A stretch of 64,000 nucleotides of DNA from Christensenella sp. UBA3217 (GCA_002363545.1 DEWF01000001.1:307049-371048), one strand, 5' to 3'; numbered from the stretch's first letter, positions 18,571 through 28,494 are shown. The notes: generated by a model not told the origin, from the letters alone. Numbers and translations are program-made.

Positions 18571-20034
18571 TTATTCTTTCAAAAATATGTGGGCAAGTGC
18601 TATGGCTTCTTCCAAAGCGTCCCCCTTTTTGAGCGATCCATCCTTTGCTTCGGCAGAGGATAACACGTGCACGTCATTGCGGAATTGATAGCGAAGCGGC
18701 TTTGCCGTCATGTTCAAAAGATCGAGCGAAGCACTGGGATTGAGGCCTATCACAAGCTCTCCTGCCGAGAATTTTATCAAATCGGGGATCACGGTGGATA
18801 GACGGGGTGAACCGTACCCTTTTTTATTGGCAAATTCCGCCTTTTCCGACCCATCGGAGAAAGCCACCTTCAAATAGGTATGCAAATACTCCGTAATCCG
18901 CCCGTTTGCCACCTTTATCATGGCGATCTCATAAGGAACGAAGAACTTTTCCGTCTTCATTCCCCTGATGGTCAAAACCAACCCCGGAGTGAGATTGGCA
19001 TGTGCCGTTGTCTTGGGCTTAAAAAAATCAAAACCGATTTGGTCGTAGCTGACTTCATGGTATTCTTTTGGAGTAAGAACCGAGTAATTTTCAGGGGGAT
19101 CAAGGGGCTTTGTTTGCTCCTCAATAACCGAAAACGGTATCTTGCAAAATGCTAACGATTTCACGTACATGCTGAGGTTCCCGGTTTCTTCTCTGGTGCG
19201 GACCCTGCCTCTCACCACCACTTCAGAGCCGTTTTGTAAGGCGGGATATTCCGTATCGGTATTGATAAAGATATTCAAATAACCCGTCGTGTCCCCAATG
19301 GAAAAAGTATAATAATGCTTAAAGAACTTTTTAAATTCGTCCTTTTTGCTTTCATCACGCGACTTGAAAGAAAGGTAATTGATCTTGCCGCAACAGACCG
19401 CGTCCTCTCCTTCACCTTTTAAGGTGGCAATATGCACGGCAGGATCGTTCAGATCGCTCATTTTCCCGAAAACCAGGATCTTATCCGTCACTTCCACACT
19501 CTTTCCGTATCGACCGGAACGAGCGGAACCTTCGGTGGCCGCCACGATGGGCGCATCATCCGTGATCTCGTAATCAAGTGATGTTTCAATTACGTATTTC
19601 ACGCGGAAAAAGTCCTTGATGCGTTTATCAAAGCCAACCAGTTCCATATATTCCCGAATGTTTTTTTGTACCGAGAAAGAAAATTTGAGGGTATTTTGAA
19701 TTTCCACTTTGAGTTTGGAAAAATCAACATTTGCCGCGATCAACGGACAGTTTTTAGCCATGAATTCGATCAAAGCGGAACGAACGGTTTCCTCGGTAAG
19801 CACGATCTTTTCAAAGCGGCAATACACGGAAAACCCGGACCCAAGAGCTTCTGTAATGGCTTTTTTGATGGCTTGGATATCATCATTATTCAAAGAATAA
19901 TCGTAAATATCTTCCGGAACCAAAAAGGTAACGGAAGCTTTTTTCTCTTCCACCCCTATTTTAACGTCACCCAAGCGGAGATAATCGTATTTTCCTTGAA
20001 ACTTCTCACTGAGAAGGGAGAGGATATCAGTCAA
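18571..20034 (-). CDS. PolC N-terminal/OB-fold-like protein with a degenerate DnaQ-like exonuclease-fold C-terminus and no PHP or polymerase domains; occupies the polC syntenic slot
   Basis: The TTG start at 20034 has an AAGGAGG RBS 6 nt upstream and overlaps the ispG stop. The domain-level resemblance to remembered B. subtilis PolC is described in the finding. The functional call is inference. Confidence 0.55.
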   Translation of the reverse strand: MTDILSLLSEKFQGKYDYLRLGDVKIGVEEKKASVTFLVPEDIYDYSLNNDDIQAIKKAITEALGSGFSVYCRFEKIVLTEETVRSALIEFMAKNCPLIAANVDFSKLKVEIQNTLKFSFSVQKNIREYMELVGFDKRIKDFFRVKYVIETSLDYEITDDAPIVAATEGSARSGRYGKSVEVTDKILVFGKMSDLNDPAVHIATLKGEGEDAVCCGKINYLSFKSRDESKKDEFKKFFKHYYTFSIGDTTGYLNIFINTDTEYPALQNGSEVVVRGRVRTREETGNLSMYVKSLAFCKIPFSVIEEQTKPLDPPENYSVLTPKEYHEVSYDQIGFDFFKPKTTAHANLTPGLVLTIRGMKTEKFFVPYEIAMIKVANGRITEYLHTYLKVAFSDGSEKAEFANKKGYGSPRLSTVIPDLIKFSAGELVIGLNPSASLDLLNMTAKPLRYQFRNDVHVLSSAEAKDGSLKKGDALEEAIALAHIFLKE

Positions 20035-21070
20035 GGTGCGCCTCCTTGATCTCCTGCATCAAAGCGTCCAAGATCTTATCATTGGAAACGGTACAAAGCA
20101 CCTTGCCCTTTTTCATGATGGCGGATTTTTCCTTGCCTCCCGCCACACCGATATCGGCATGAGAACCTTCCCCGATGCCGTTTACCACACAGCCCATTAC
20201 GGCAATGGTAAAATGTTTGTTGATATGAGCCGTGGCTTTGCGAATGGCATCCGAGAGCCCGGCAACGTCTATTTCCGTACGCGCACAAGTGGGACAAGAG
20301 ATCACTTCTACGAATTCTTTGCGGTACCCCGTGGCTCTTAACAAATTCTCAGCCGCATACACTTCCTGAACGGGATCACCCGTTATGGAAACGCGAATGG
20401 TATTCCCTATTCCGTCCAAAAGCAGTGCCCCCATTCCGGCATAAGACTTGGCAAGAGCAAGATCCCCACCGCCTGCTTCTGTCACGCCGATATGCAAGGG
20501 ATAATCGGTTACGTCGGACAAAATACGATATGCCTGCGTATTCATTCGCACGTCACTGCATTTTGCGCTGATAACGATATCTTCAAAGCCGAATTTTTCA
20601 AGAAGTTTCACATTGCGGAGCGCGCTGTCGGCAAGCGCTCTTGCGGAAAAACCGAACTTATCCGATGATTCCTTTTCAAGCGAACCGCCGTTTACTCCCA
20701 CGCGAATGGGAATACCTGCGTCTTTTGCCGCGGCAACCACTTCACGCACCTTGGATTCGCTCCCGATATTCGAGGGATTGATACGTATTTTATCGATCCC
20801 CCCATGAATGGAAGCAAGAGCAAGGTCGGCGTCAAAATGGATATCTGCAACCAGGGGAATATGAACTTGTTTTTTGATTTCGGGAACGGCAGCAGCGGCG
20901 GCAGGTGTGTTCACGCTCATGCGAACGATCTCGCACCCCGCTCTTTCCAAACGAAGAATTTGCGCTACCGTTGCGGCAACGTCCTCCGTTTTGGTATTGG
21001 TCATTGATTGGATCGTGATCGGAGCGTCCCCGCCGATATAACGATCTTTTATCCTAATGCGTTTGCTCAT
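20027..21070 (-). CDS. ispG: 4-hydroxy-3-methylbut-2-en-1-yl diphosphate synthase (flavodoxin)
   Basis: Motifs DAPITIQSMTNT, PLVADIHFD and the Fe-S cysteines in SCPTCARTE and MGCVVNGIGEG are present. Confidence 0.95.
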   Translation of the reverse strand: MSKRIRIKDRYIGGDAPITIQSMTNTKTEDVAATVAQILRLERAGCEIVRMSVNTPAAAAAVPEIKKQVHIPLVADIHFDADLALASIHGGIDKIRINPSNIGSESKVREVVAAAKDAGIPIRVGVNGGSLEKESSDKFGFSARALADSALRNVKLLEKFGFEDIVISAKCSDVRMNTQAYRILSDVTDYPLHIGVTEAGGGDLALAKSYAGMGALLLDGIGNTIRVSITGDPVQEVYAAENLLRATGYRKEFVEVISCPTCARTEIDVAGLSDAIRKATAHINKHFTIAVMGCVVNGIGEGSHADIGVAGGKEKSAIMKKGKVLCTVSNDKILDALMQEIKEAHLD

Positions 21071-21073
21071 AAA

Positions 21074-22180
21074 CTACCTGAAAAGACTTGATATAGTCCC
21101 CAAATTCAGTATATCACACAGAATGGCAAAAGAAAAGAGTATCACAATGCCAACGGTATGGATGATAGCTTCCACGTTTCGGTTAACGGGTTTTCGGAAG
21201 ATCCATTCGATCAAAACGAATATGATCCTGCAACCGTCAAGCGCGGGGAACGGCAAAATGTTCATTAACGCCACGCTGGCACTCATGATGCCGAACATTA
21301 AAAGCACGCCCTTAAAGCGCAAAGCAAGCGTCACACTGCCCATTGCCGCCACGCTGGTGACCGTACCGCCCACCGATCCTTTTAAGCCAACGGCACCTGT
21401 GAAAAGACCGCCTATCGTCTTAAAAGTTACGATAACAAGTTGCCAAATAAAGACGAAACTTCTCCCTAAAGACTCCCAAAAAACCATACGATAATCGGTG
21501 TATCCGATGGTGATGCCGAACCGAGATTGCACTTCCACCTTCTCGGTACCGTCTTCCTGCATTACCAATGTTTCATACTCACCCTTATACACCGTGATGT
21601 GTTGCTTTTCTCCGTGGCGAATAACGGTCACTTCCGCACTGTCACCACTTTCGGAAAGTAAGGTTTTCAGATTCGTGTTTATTACGGTATATACTTTATT
21701 ACCATTTACTTCGTAAATGATATCCCCTTCTTGAAAGTTTTGCACCGCGCTGATGCCACCCGTATCCAAACCGTTTACTTTGGGCAACGTGTAACCGTAA
21801 GTGCTGAATAATACCGTTAAAATGATCACAGCGGAAAAGAAGTTGAAGGTGACGCCTGCAAGTAAAACGAGGATCCTTTTCCAAGGCTTTTGGCTGTTAA
21901 AAGAACCTTCGGTCGTACTGTCGGAATCCTCACCTTCAAAGGCGCAAAAGCCACCCAGCGGGATCAAACGAATGGCAAACAGTTCCCCATTCTTTTTGTT
22001 TCTGTGCGAAAAGAGCTTGGGCCCGAACCCAATGGAAAACTCGTTGATCTTAAATTTTAACGCTTTGCCGATCAAATAGTGACCCGATTCATGCACCAAG
22101 ATCATCACCATCAACGCTACGATGGCAATAAAAATGGAAAGAACGATGTGTCTGGCATTGGTTGCGATCAAATTGGTCAT
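21074..22180 (-). CDS. rseP: RIP site-2 zinc metalloprotease RseP
   Basis: The zinc motif is HESGHY and the second motif is NILPFPALDG. It has a central PDZ-like region and multiple TM segments. Confidence 0.9.
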   Translation of the reverse strand: MTNLIATNARHIVLSIFIAIVALMVMILVHESGHYLIGKALKFKINEFSIGFGPKLFSHRNKKNGELFAIRLIPLGGFCAFEGEDSDSTTEGSFNSQKPWKRILVLLAGVTFNFFSAVIILTVLFSTYGYTLPKVNGLDTGGISAVQNFQEGDIIYEVNGNKVYTVINTNLKTLLSESGDSAEVTVIRHGEKQHITVYKGEYETLVMQEDGTEKVEVQSRFGITIGYTDYRMVFWESLGRSFVFIWQLVIVTFKTIGGLFTGAVGLKGSVGGTVTSVAAMGSVTLALRFKGVLLMFGIMSASVALMNILPFPALDGCRIIFVLIEWIFRKPVNRNVEAIIHTVGIVILFSFAILCDILNLGTISSLFR

Positions 22181-23313
22181 AGAGCCACCACTTTACGAGT
22201 ATATTTTTCCACGTCGGAATTTATGTTCAAAACGTCTACAAGATCGTAAGAACCCGAAAGAGAAAAATTCTCCAAAACACAAGATAAGATGCGAGGGATA
22301 TCGGAATACTTGATCTTCCCTTCTAAATACGCGGGCACCAGCACGGAATCGGCGGCAAGAAGTGCCGCAGGATACAAGCCTCCAAGACGCCCTGCTTCCA
22401 GCATCAAACCAAAACAAGGATACCGTTTTTCGTCAACGGGAGCAAAAGTAAGACTGTAAGGAATCACGGGCGAAGCGACCGGAGAAGGAATACGTTCGGG
22501 ATAGGTTAAAGCATATTGAATGGGAAGACGCATATCGGGATCGGAAAGTTGCGCAACCGTTGATCCGTCACGGAAACGAACCATAGAATGTACGATGCTT
22601 TCTCTATGCAAAACCGCATCGATCCTATCAAATGGAATATCGAACAGGTATTTCGCTTCAATCACCTCAAAACCTTTGTTCACCATGGTGGCGCAATCGA
22701 TCGTGATCTTTTTGCCCATATTCCAATTGGGGTGTGCGAGTGCGCGTTCGGGCGCGATATTATCTAATTCCGCAAGAGGGATATCACGAAAAGCGCCACC
22801 GCTGGAGGTAATGATCAAACGATCAACATCCTGTTTTCTTCCGGCGGAAAGACATTGGAAGATAGCGGAATGTTCACTATCCACGGGAATGATCTCGCTT
22901 TTTAATTTTTGCGCCTGTGCCATCACATATTCTCCGGCGCAAACCAACATTTCCTTGTTGGAAAGTGCGATCCTTGCCCCCTTTTTCATGGCGATCAAGG
23001 TAGGTTCCAGCGCGGCTATTCCCACTACGGCGTTCAAAAATACGTCATAATCCGCCTTTTCGGAAGCAACGGATAACGCCGAGTCCCCCGTTATGACCGT
23101 GCAGGGATAAGAGAGTTCGGACGCATGAAAAGGTATTTTTCCCGTAAAGCATACAACGGGCACCTTATGGCGCTCCGCGATCTCTATGAGCTTTTCTTTA
23201 TCCGAGTGAGCGGAGATCATGGTAAGAGAAAAGCGCTCCGGATATTTTTCAATAACGTCCACAGCTTGTCTTCCTATGGAACCGGTCACACCGATGATCG
23301 CCAGTTTTTTCAT
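22177..23313 (-). CDS. dxr: 1-deoxy-D-xylulose 5-phosphate reductoisomerase
   Basis: Motifs IGVTGSIG, ALSNKE, PVDSEHSAIFQC and HPNWNMG are present. Confidence 0.96.
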   Translation of the reverse strand: MKKLAIIGVTGSIGRQAVDVIEKYPERFSLTMISAHSDKEKLIEIAERHKVPVVCFTGKIPFHASELSYPCTVITGDSALSVASEKADYDVFLNAVVGIAALEPTLIAMKKGARIALSNKEMLVCAGEYVMAQAQKLKSEIIPVDSEHSAIFQCLSAGRKQDVDRLIITSSGGAFRDIPLAELDNIAPERALAHPNWNMGKKITIDCATMVNKGFEVIEAKYLFDIPFDRIDAVLHRESIVHSMVRFRDGSTVAQLSDPDMRLPIQYALTYPERIPSPVASPVIPYSLTFAPVDEKRYPCFGLMLEAGRLGGLYPAALLAADSVLVPAYLEGKIKYSDIPRILSCVLENFSLSGSYDLVDVLNINSDVEKYTRKVVAL

Positions 23314-24179
23314 ACGCCCACCACCCCGTTATAGATCGTAAAGAACAAACAAACGGCAGGCGCCACGAAAAGCAAGCTATCCAGCCTGTCCATCACGCCG
23401 CCATGACCCGGGAAGATCGTTCCGAAATCCTTAACGCCCATCTTGCGTTTTACAAGAGAAGCGGCAAGATCCCCGAAAATAGCAAGAGTAGTGCACAAGA
23501 GTGCAAAACAAAGATAAACGGGGACCGATATATACAGCTGATCAAAAATGCGGATAAGTCCGACATTTCCGAAGTTTTTGAAAACACGAAACACATCAAA
23601 AAGCAAGAGAACGATCGTGCTTCCGATCAAACCTCCGAGATAGGCGCCATACACCCCTGCCCAAGTTTTCTTGGGGCTTACGTCCAACATAAACTTTCTT
23701 TTTCCGAAAAGCATTCCCGCAAACAGCGCAAAGGCATCCGAAAGTAAGGTGACAAAGAGCAAATAGAACAATCCCAAAAGGTTGCCCGCCTCGTGGTTAA
23801 TGTAAAAGAAAGACGCACAAAGCACCAAGGGATAAAACAATACGAAGATGGAATACAAGGTATCATTTAAGGTATATTTGTTACGCTGCAAGATAAACAA
23901 AACAAGCAACAGTATCAAACTCAGCATTACGTCAAGTAATACACCCGTCAGTTTGTAGAAATGAAACAGCGGTAAAAATGCCAGCGCATAAACGAGGAGC
24001 GGCAACCACAACGCGTTATACCCTGCTTTTTTCCCCACGCGAACCATTTCATATCCGCCAACAACCATAAATGCATAAAAGAGAATATCGGCAAGAGCCA
24101 CGTACAAAGTACGAAGATATAAAAGGAAAAAGAGAGCCACGCCAATGAGGGCCACTGCAGTCAAATTACGCTTCCACAT
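23310..24179 (-). CDS. cdsA: phosphatidate cytidylyltransferase
   Basis: The signature is SLVKRKMGVKDFGTIFPGHGGVMDRLDS. The ATG at 24179 is preferred because GGAGG lies 5 nt upstream. The ORF-track start at 24185 is GTG. Confidence 0.9.
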   Translation of the reverse strand: MWKRNLTAVALIGVALFFLLYLRTLYVALADILFYAFMVVGGYEMVRVGKKAGYNALWLPLLVYALAFLPLFHFYKLTGVLLDVMLSLILLLVLFILQRNKYTLNDTLYSIFVLFYPLVLCASFFYINHEAGNLLGLFYLLFVTLLSDAFALFAGMLFGKRKFMLDVSPKKTWAGVYGAYLGGLIGSTIVLLLFDVFRVFKNFGNVGLIRIFDQLYISVPVYLCFALLCTTLAIFGDLAASLVKRKMGVKDFGTIFPGHGGVMDRLDSLLFVAPAVCLFFTIYNGVVGV

Positions 24180-24861
24180 GGTCACCTCCGAGTCCGCCGA
24201 ATTTACGAACGCGCTTGGAATAGATCTCTATTACTTTTTTCAATTCTTTTTTATCAAAATCCGGCCACAGCGTGTCAGTAAACAAAAGCTCGGAATAAGC
24301 AGATTGCAACAAAAGGAAGTTGCTCAAACGGATCTCTCCGCCCGTACGAACCACAAGATCGGGGAAAGATACGGTGGAAGTATATAACGCACGAACGATA
24401 TCTTGTTCCGTCACCTGTGTTTTCCCTTGCGCAAGCAATTGGTTCACAGCGCTTGTGATTTCTTCCCAACTGCCGTAATTCATGGCAATTACCACGGTTA
24501 ACCCGGTATTACTCTCAGTGCGAGCCATAGCGTCACGGCAAGAATCCGCTATATCTTGCGGAAGCTTCCCTAAATTTCCGATAAAAACGAGCCTATAATT
24601 CTTTTCCTGATAATCGTTTTTGCGCGCCAAAAACTTGCGGAAGGTATCCATCAAATAGTCTATTTCCGACTGAGGGCGCGACCAATTTTCAGTAGAAAAA
24701 GCATAAAATGTGACGGTTTTAATACCGCACTCAGCCGCGGCTTCCACCGTGCGTTCAAGTGCTTCCGTTCCCATTTTATGCCCATACTTTCTCGGCAAAT
24801 GGCGGCGTTCCGCCCACCTGCCGTTGCCATCCATGATAAATGCGATATGCGAGGGTGTCAT
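24166..24861 (-). CDS. uppS: undecaprenyl diphosphate synthase
   Basis: Motifs HIAFIMDGNGRWA, FSTENWSRP and RTGGEIRLSNFLL are present. Confidence 0.95.
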   Translation of the reverse strand: MTPSHIAFIMDGNGRWAERRHLPRKYGHKMGTEALERTVEAAAECGIKTVTFYAFSTENWSRPQSEIDYLMDTFRKFLARKNDYQEKNYRLVFIGNLGKLPQDIADSCRDAMARTESNTGLTVVIAMNYGSWEEITSAVNQLLAQGKTQVTEQDIVRALYTSTVSFPDLVVRTGGEIRLSNFLLLQSAYSELLFTDTLWPDFDKKELKKVIEIYSKRVRKFGGLGGDHVEA

Positions 24862-24871
24862 TCAACCTCCC

Positions 24872-25447
24872 TTAAACGTTTAAGATCTCGCCTTCTTTAT
24901 CCTTAAATGCCTTATCCACGTCCGCAACGTAATCGTTGAGGAGTTTATCCACGTCTTTTTCCAAAGCTTTCACGTCATCCTCGGTGATCAAGGAATCTTT
25001 TTTTAGCTTCTTCAAGCCTTCGTTTGCGTCACGTCTGTGATTACGCAAGGCAACCTTTGCGTTTTCGGTCACTTGCTTCAATTCTTTTACAAGAGCCTGA
25101 CGACGTTCTTCGGTAAGATCCGGGAAGACCAAACGGAGCACTTTGCCGTCATTGTTGGGGGTGATGCCGATATTGGCGTCAACAATAGCTTTTTCCGCCG
25201 CTTTAAGGGCGCTGCCATCCCAAATGGAAACAACGATCATCTTTGCTTCGGGAACCGTGATACTGCCCATTTGGTTAAGGGGGGTGGGAGTGCCGTAATA
25301 ATCCACCAAAACCTTATCCAAGATATGGGGGTTGGCCCTGCCCGCACGGATGTTCAAAATGTGTGACTTATAACCGTCAACAGCCTTTTTGAGTGCGCTT
25401 TCGTATGTATCCAAGATCTCCAAAACTTCCATAATATCGTATGACAT
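24872..25447 (-). CDS. frr: ribosome recycling factor
   Basis: It is 191 aa with RAGRANPHILD and IVDANIGITPNNDG. It sits in the pyrH-frr-uppS context. Confidence 0.95.
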   Translation of the reverse strand: MSYDIMEVLEILDTYESALKKAVDGYKSHILNIRAGRANPHILDKVLVDYYGTPTPLNQMGSITVPEAKMIVVSIWDGSALKAAEKAIVDANIGITPNNDGKVLRLVFPDLTEERRQALVKELKQVTENAKVALRNHRRDANEGLKKLKKDSLITEDDVKALEKDVDKLLNDYVADVDKAFKDKEGEILNV

Positions 25448-25511
25448 AATACATTCTCCCGTTCCTATTTTTGTTATTATATCACATAAGTGATATCCTT
25501 TTCAAGCAGCC

Positions 25512-26216
25512 TCAATGGATAAGCGTTCCGATCCTCTCCCCATTCACCGCTTTCATTATGCCGCCCTCAACTTTAAGCCCGAACACGATCAAGGGGATCT
25601 TGTTATCCATGCAGAGGGATGCCGCCGTATAATCCATCACGCCAAGGTGGTTGGAAAGAAGGTCAAGGTAGTTCAAGGTTTCATACTTTTTCGCGTTGGG
25701 GTTGAGCTTGGGATCGCTATCGTACACGCCGTCCACGTTCTTGGCAAGAAGAATTGCGCCCGCTCCGATCTCCGCCGCGCGAAGTACCGCCGCAGTATCC
25801 GTGGTAAAGTAAGGATTGCCCGTACCGCAGGCAAAGATCACGATCCTGCCTTTATTGAGGTGATTGATGGCCTTACGTTGGATATAAGGTTCCGCAACAC
25901 GCGTGATGGTAAGTGCGGTCATAACGCGGGTATCCGCCCCTTTTCTCTCAAAAGCGTCTTGCAAAGCAAGCGCATTCATAACGGTGGCAAGCATGCCCAT
26001 GTGGTCCGCAGTTGCCCTATCCGACATGAATTTGGCTTTCCCGCCGCGCCAGAAGTTGCCTCCGCCAACGACAATGCCGATCTGCACTCCGGCGTTTTTG
26101 ACTGCGATAATATCATCGACGATCCTATCGATAATGACGGGATCCAAACCGAAGCCACCGTCACCGCCAAGAGCTTCACCGGAAATTTTGATAATCACTC
26201 TCTTGTATGTAGCCAT
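25512..26216 (-). CDS. pyrH: UMP kinase
   Basis: Motifs [22 protein letters not shown] and [13 protein letters not shown] are present. Confidence 0.96.
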   Translation of the reverse strand: MATYKRVIIKISGEALGGDGGFGLDPVIIDRIVDDIIAVKNAGVQIGIVVGGGNFWRGGKAKFMSDRATADHMGMLATVMNALALQDAFERKGADTRVMTALTITRVAEPYIQRKAINHLNKGRIVIFACGTGNPYFTTDTAAVLRAAEIGAGAILLAKNVDGVYDSDPKLNPNAKKYETLNYLDLLSNHLGVMDYTAASLCMDNKIPLIVFGLKVEGGIMKAVNGERIGTLIH

Positions 26217-26256
26217 AATTTCTCCTTAGCCTTCCATTCGAAAAAGCGGTTGATTA

Positions 26257-26285
26257 GAAAAAAGGGCAAAGTGAATTGCCCTTTT
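26257..26285 (-). terminator. intrinsic terminator after tsf
   Basis: On the minus strand the hairpin AAGGGCAA-ttcact-TTGCCCTT is followed by TTTTTTCT. Confidence 0.7.
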
Positions 26286-26299
26286 CAGTCATAGTCGAA

Positions 26300-27178
26300 T
26301 TACTTGATTTGGCTCATCACTTCGTCAACGAAGTTATCAACTCTCTTCTCAAGTCCCTCGCCCATCTCATAGCGAACGAATCTCTTAACCGCAAGATTCA
26401 AACCGTTATCCTTATTGACGGAAGCAAGATACTGCTTGATGGAGATATCGGGATTTTTGACGAATTGTTGATCCATTAAACAAACGTCCTTGTAATATTT
26501 GTTGATGCGGCCGAGCACCATCTTTTCCACGATGGCAGCGGGCTTTCCTTCATTAAGCGCTTGTGCAGTAAGGATCTCTTTTTCCTTATCAAGCTCAGCT
26601 TGCGGAACTTCACTGCTGAACACGTAAGAGGGTTTTGCCGCAGCGATCTGCAAAGCAACGTCATGCGCAAAAGCGCGGGATGCTTCGCAATCGGCACCGG
26701 TCACTTCCACAAGCACGCCAACCTTGCCGCCCATGTGGATATAGCTTTCCAAAATACCGTCCGCGGTGTCATACTTTGCAAAACGACGCACGGAGATCTT
26801 TTCACCGATCTTGGCAGTTGCTTCAATGATCTCGGTTTGCTTTGCCGCAATAAGAGCATCAACATCCGCTACGTTGTTATTCACAACGTAATCGGCAATC
26901 CCGCCCACGAAAGACTGATACGCATCACCCTTTGCCACAAAGTCGGTTTCGCAGTTCACTTCCACAAGAGCGCCCACGTTGCCTTTTATCAATGCAGCCA
27001 CAATGCCTTCCGCCGCAATCCTGGATGCCTTCTTGGCAGCGGTTGCCATGCCCTTCTCACGAAGGATCTCAATGGCCTTTTCCATATCGCCGTTTGCTTC
27101 GGTCAATGCCTTTTTGCAATCCATCATACCGACGCCGGTCTTTTCTCTGAGTTCCTTTACATCACTTGCAGTAAACAT
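26300..27178 (-). CDS. tsf: elongation factor Ts
   Basis: Motifs ASDVKELREKTGVGMMDCKKAL and NCETDFVA are present. It lies directly after rpsB. Confidence 0.96.
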   Translation of the reverse strand: MFTASDVKELREKTGVGMMDCKKALTEANGDMEKAIEILREKGMATAAKKASRIAAEGIVAALIKGNVGALVEVNCETDFVAKGDAYQSFVGGIADYVVNNNVADVDALIAAKQTEIIEATAKIGEKISVRRFAKYDTADGILESYIHMGGKVGVLVEVTGADCEASRAFAHDVALQIAAAKPSYVFSSEVPQAELDKEKEILTAQALNEGKPAAIVEKMVLGRINKYYKDVCLMDQQFVKNPDISIKQYLASVNKDNGLNLAVKRFVRYEMGEGLEKRVDNFVDEVMSQIK

Positions 27179-27193
27179 TTTGTTACCCTCCGA

Positions 27194-27994
27194 TTATTCT
27201 GCATCTGCGGGAGCCGCTTCCTCAGCGGGAGCCGCATCTTCCACGGGAGCTGCTTCCTCTTGGATAGCCTCTTCCGCTACTACGTCCTCTTCATCCGACA
27301 CGCTGAACTCCACACCCTCTCTTGCCTCGATTACGGCATTTGCAATGGTGGAAGCAATGAGCTTGACCGCACGGATCGCATCGTCGTTGCCGGGGATCAC
27401 GCAGGTGATGTTGTCGGGGTTACATTTGGTATCTACAAGAGCCACAACGGGAATGCCGAGCTTGTTCGCTTCATCCACGGCAAGGTGCTCTTTATCCACG
27501 TCTACAACGAACATGAGATCGGGAAGTTGGCGCATATATTTGATACCGCCGAGGTTTTTCTCCAAAAGATCGCGCTCTTTGAGAAGCAGACCCACTTCCT
27601 TCTTGGGAAGAAGATCAAACTCGCCGAGTTGCTCCATTTGGTTGAGCCTGTTCAAACGATCGATACGGGTGCGGATGGTCTTAAAGTTGGTGAGGGTGCC
27701 GCCGAGCCATCTTTGATTGATGTAATACATCGAGCAACGCTCTGCCTCTTCCTTGATCGCTTCCTGCGCCTGTTTCTTGGTACCAACGAAGAGAATGGAC
27801 TTACCCATCTTCACTTGATCGCGAACGAATGCATAAGCATTCTCGATCTCCACAACGGTCTTTTCCAAGTCAATGATATGCACCCCGTTACGAGCAGTAT
27901 AAATATACTTACTCATCTTGGGGTTCCAATGACAGGTACGGTGACCGAAATGGACGCCTGCTTCCAAAAGTTGTTTCATGGTGATTACTGACAT
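27194..27994 (-). CDS. rpsB: 30S ribosomal protein S2, with an acidic Ala/Pro/Glu-rich C-terminal tail
   Basis: The start [27 protein letters not shown] is at the ATG at 27994, with an AGGAGG RBS upstream. The tail [21 protein letters not shown] is encoded by three tandem 18-nt units. Confidence 0.96.
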   Translation of the reverse strand: MSVITMKQLLEAGVHFGHRTCHWNPKMSKYIYTARNGVHIIDLEKTVVEIENAYAFVRDQVKMGKSILFVGTKKQAQEAIKEEAERCSMYYINQRWLGGTLTNFKTIRTRIDRLNRLNQMEQLGEFDLLPKKEVGLLLKERDLLEKNLGGIKYMRQLPDLMFVVDVDKEHLAVDEANKLGIPVVALVDTKCNPDNITCVIPGNDDAIRAVKLIASTIANAVIEAREGVEFSVSDEEDVVAEEAIQEEAAPVEDAAPAEEAAPADAE

Positions 27995-28163
27995 ACTAAA
28001 AAATCCTCCTGTTTTTTCTTCCCGCAACTTCTGCAGCCGCCACAACTCAAACGAGCAACAGTACGACCTCGGTCACGGTGCTTTTATTTTTAGCAAACTT
28101 ATAATATCATAAGAAAAATCCGTTTGGCAACGAATTTTCCTCACAATTTTTAATAATTGAAAA

Positions 28164-28487
28164 TTATTTTTCTTCGCAACCCGAGCAGGAAGAACAATCT
28201 CCCGAGCATTCCTCGGCATTATTCTCCAAAAACTTCTCGAATACGGCGTTTAATTCCTTTTCATCCTCAATGGGGGTAAGATCCACCGTTTCGTCACCGT
28301 TTTCGGTAATGTGGAAGATATAGCAACTGCCCTCTTCGTACTCCGCGCTACCCGTCAAAGGCTCCACCACACAGTAAAGCTTGCCGTCCATTTCCACGGT
28401 ATCCAAAAACTCGCACTGCACCTCGGTACCGTCTTCATCGGTCAAGGTGATGATATCTCTTTCCTCGTTTTCCATCGTCTTATCCAT
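28164..28487 (-). CDS. DUF1292 (YrzB-like) protein with a Cys-rich C-terminus
   Basis: It has the ITLTDEDGTEVQCEFLDTVEMDGKLYCVV pattern. It lies after ruvX, as in the Bacillus yrrK-yrzB pair. The C-terminus is ECSGDCSSCSGCEEK. Confidence 0.72.
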   Translation of the reverse strand: MDKTMENEERDIITLTDEDGTEVQCEFLDTVEMDGKLYCVVEPLTGSAEYEEGSCYIFHITENGDETVDLTPIEDEKELNAVFEKFLENNAEECSGDCSSCSGCEEK

Positions 28488-28494
28488 AAAAACC

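Noticed and set aside
25515-26294. A 259-aa ORF on the + strand.
   Set aside because: It is antisense to pyrH.
26561-27991. A 476-aa ORF on the + strand.
   Set aside because: It is entirely antisense to tsf and rpsB, which are both unambiguous. It has no RBS and a low-complexity composition with no motifs. It is a shadow ORF.
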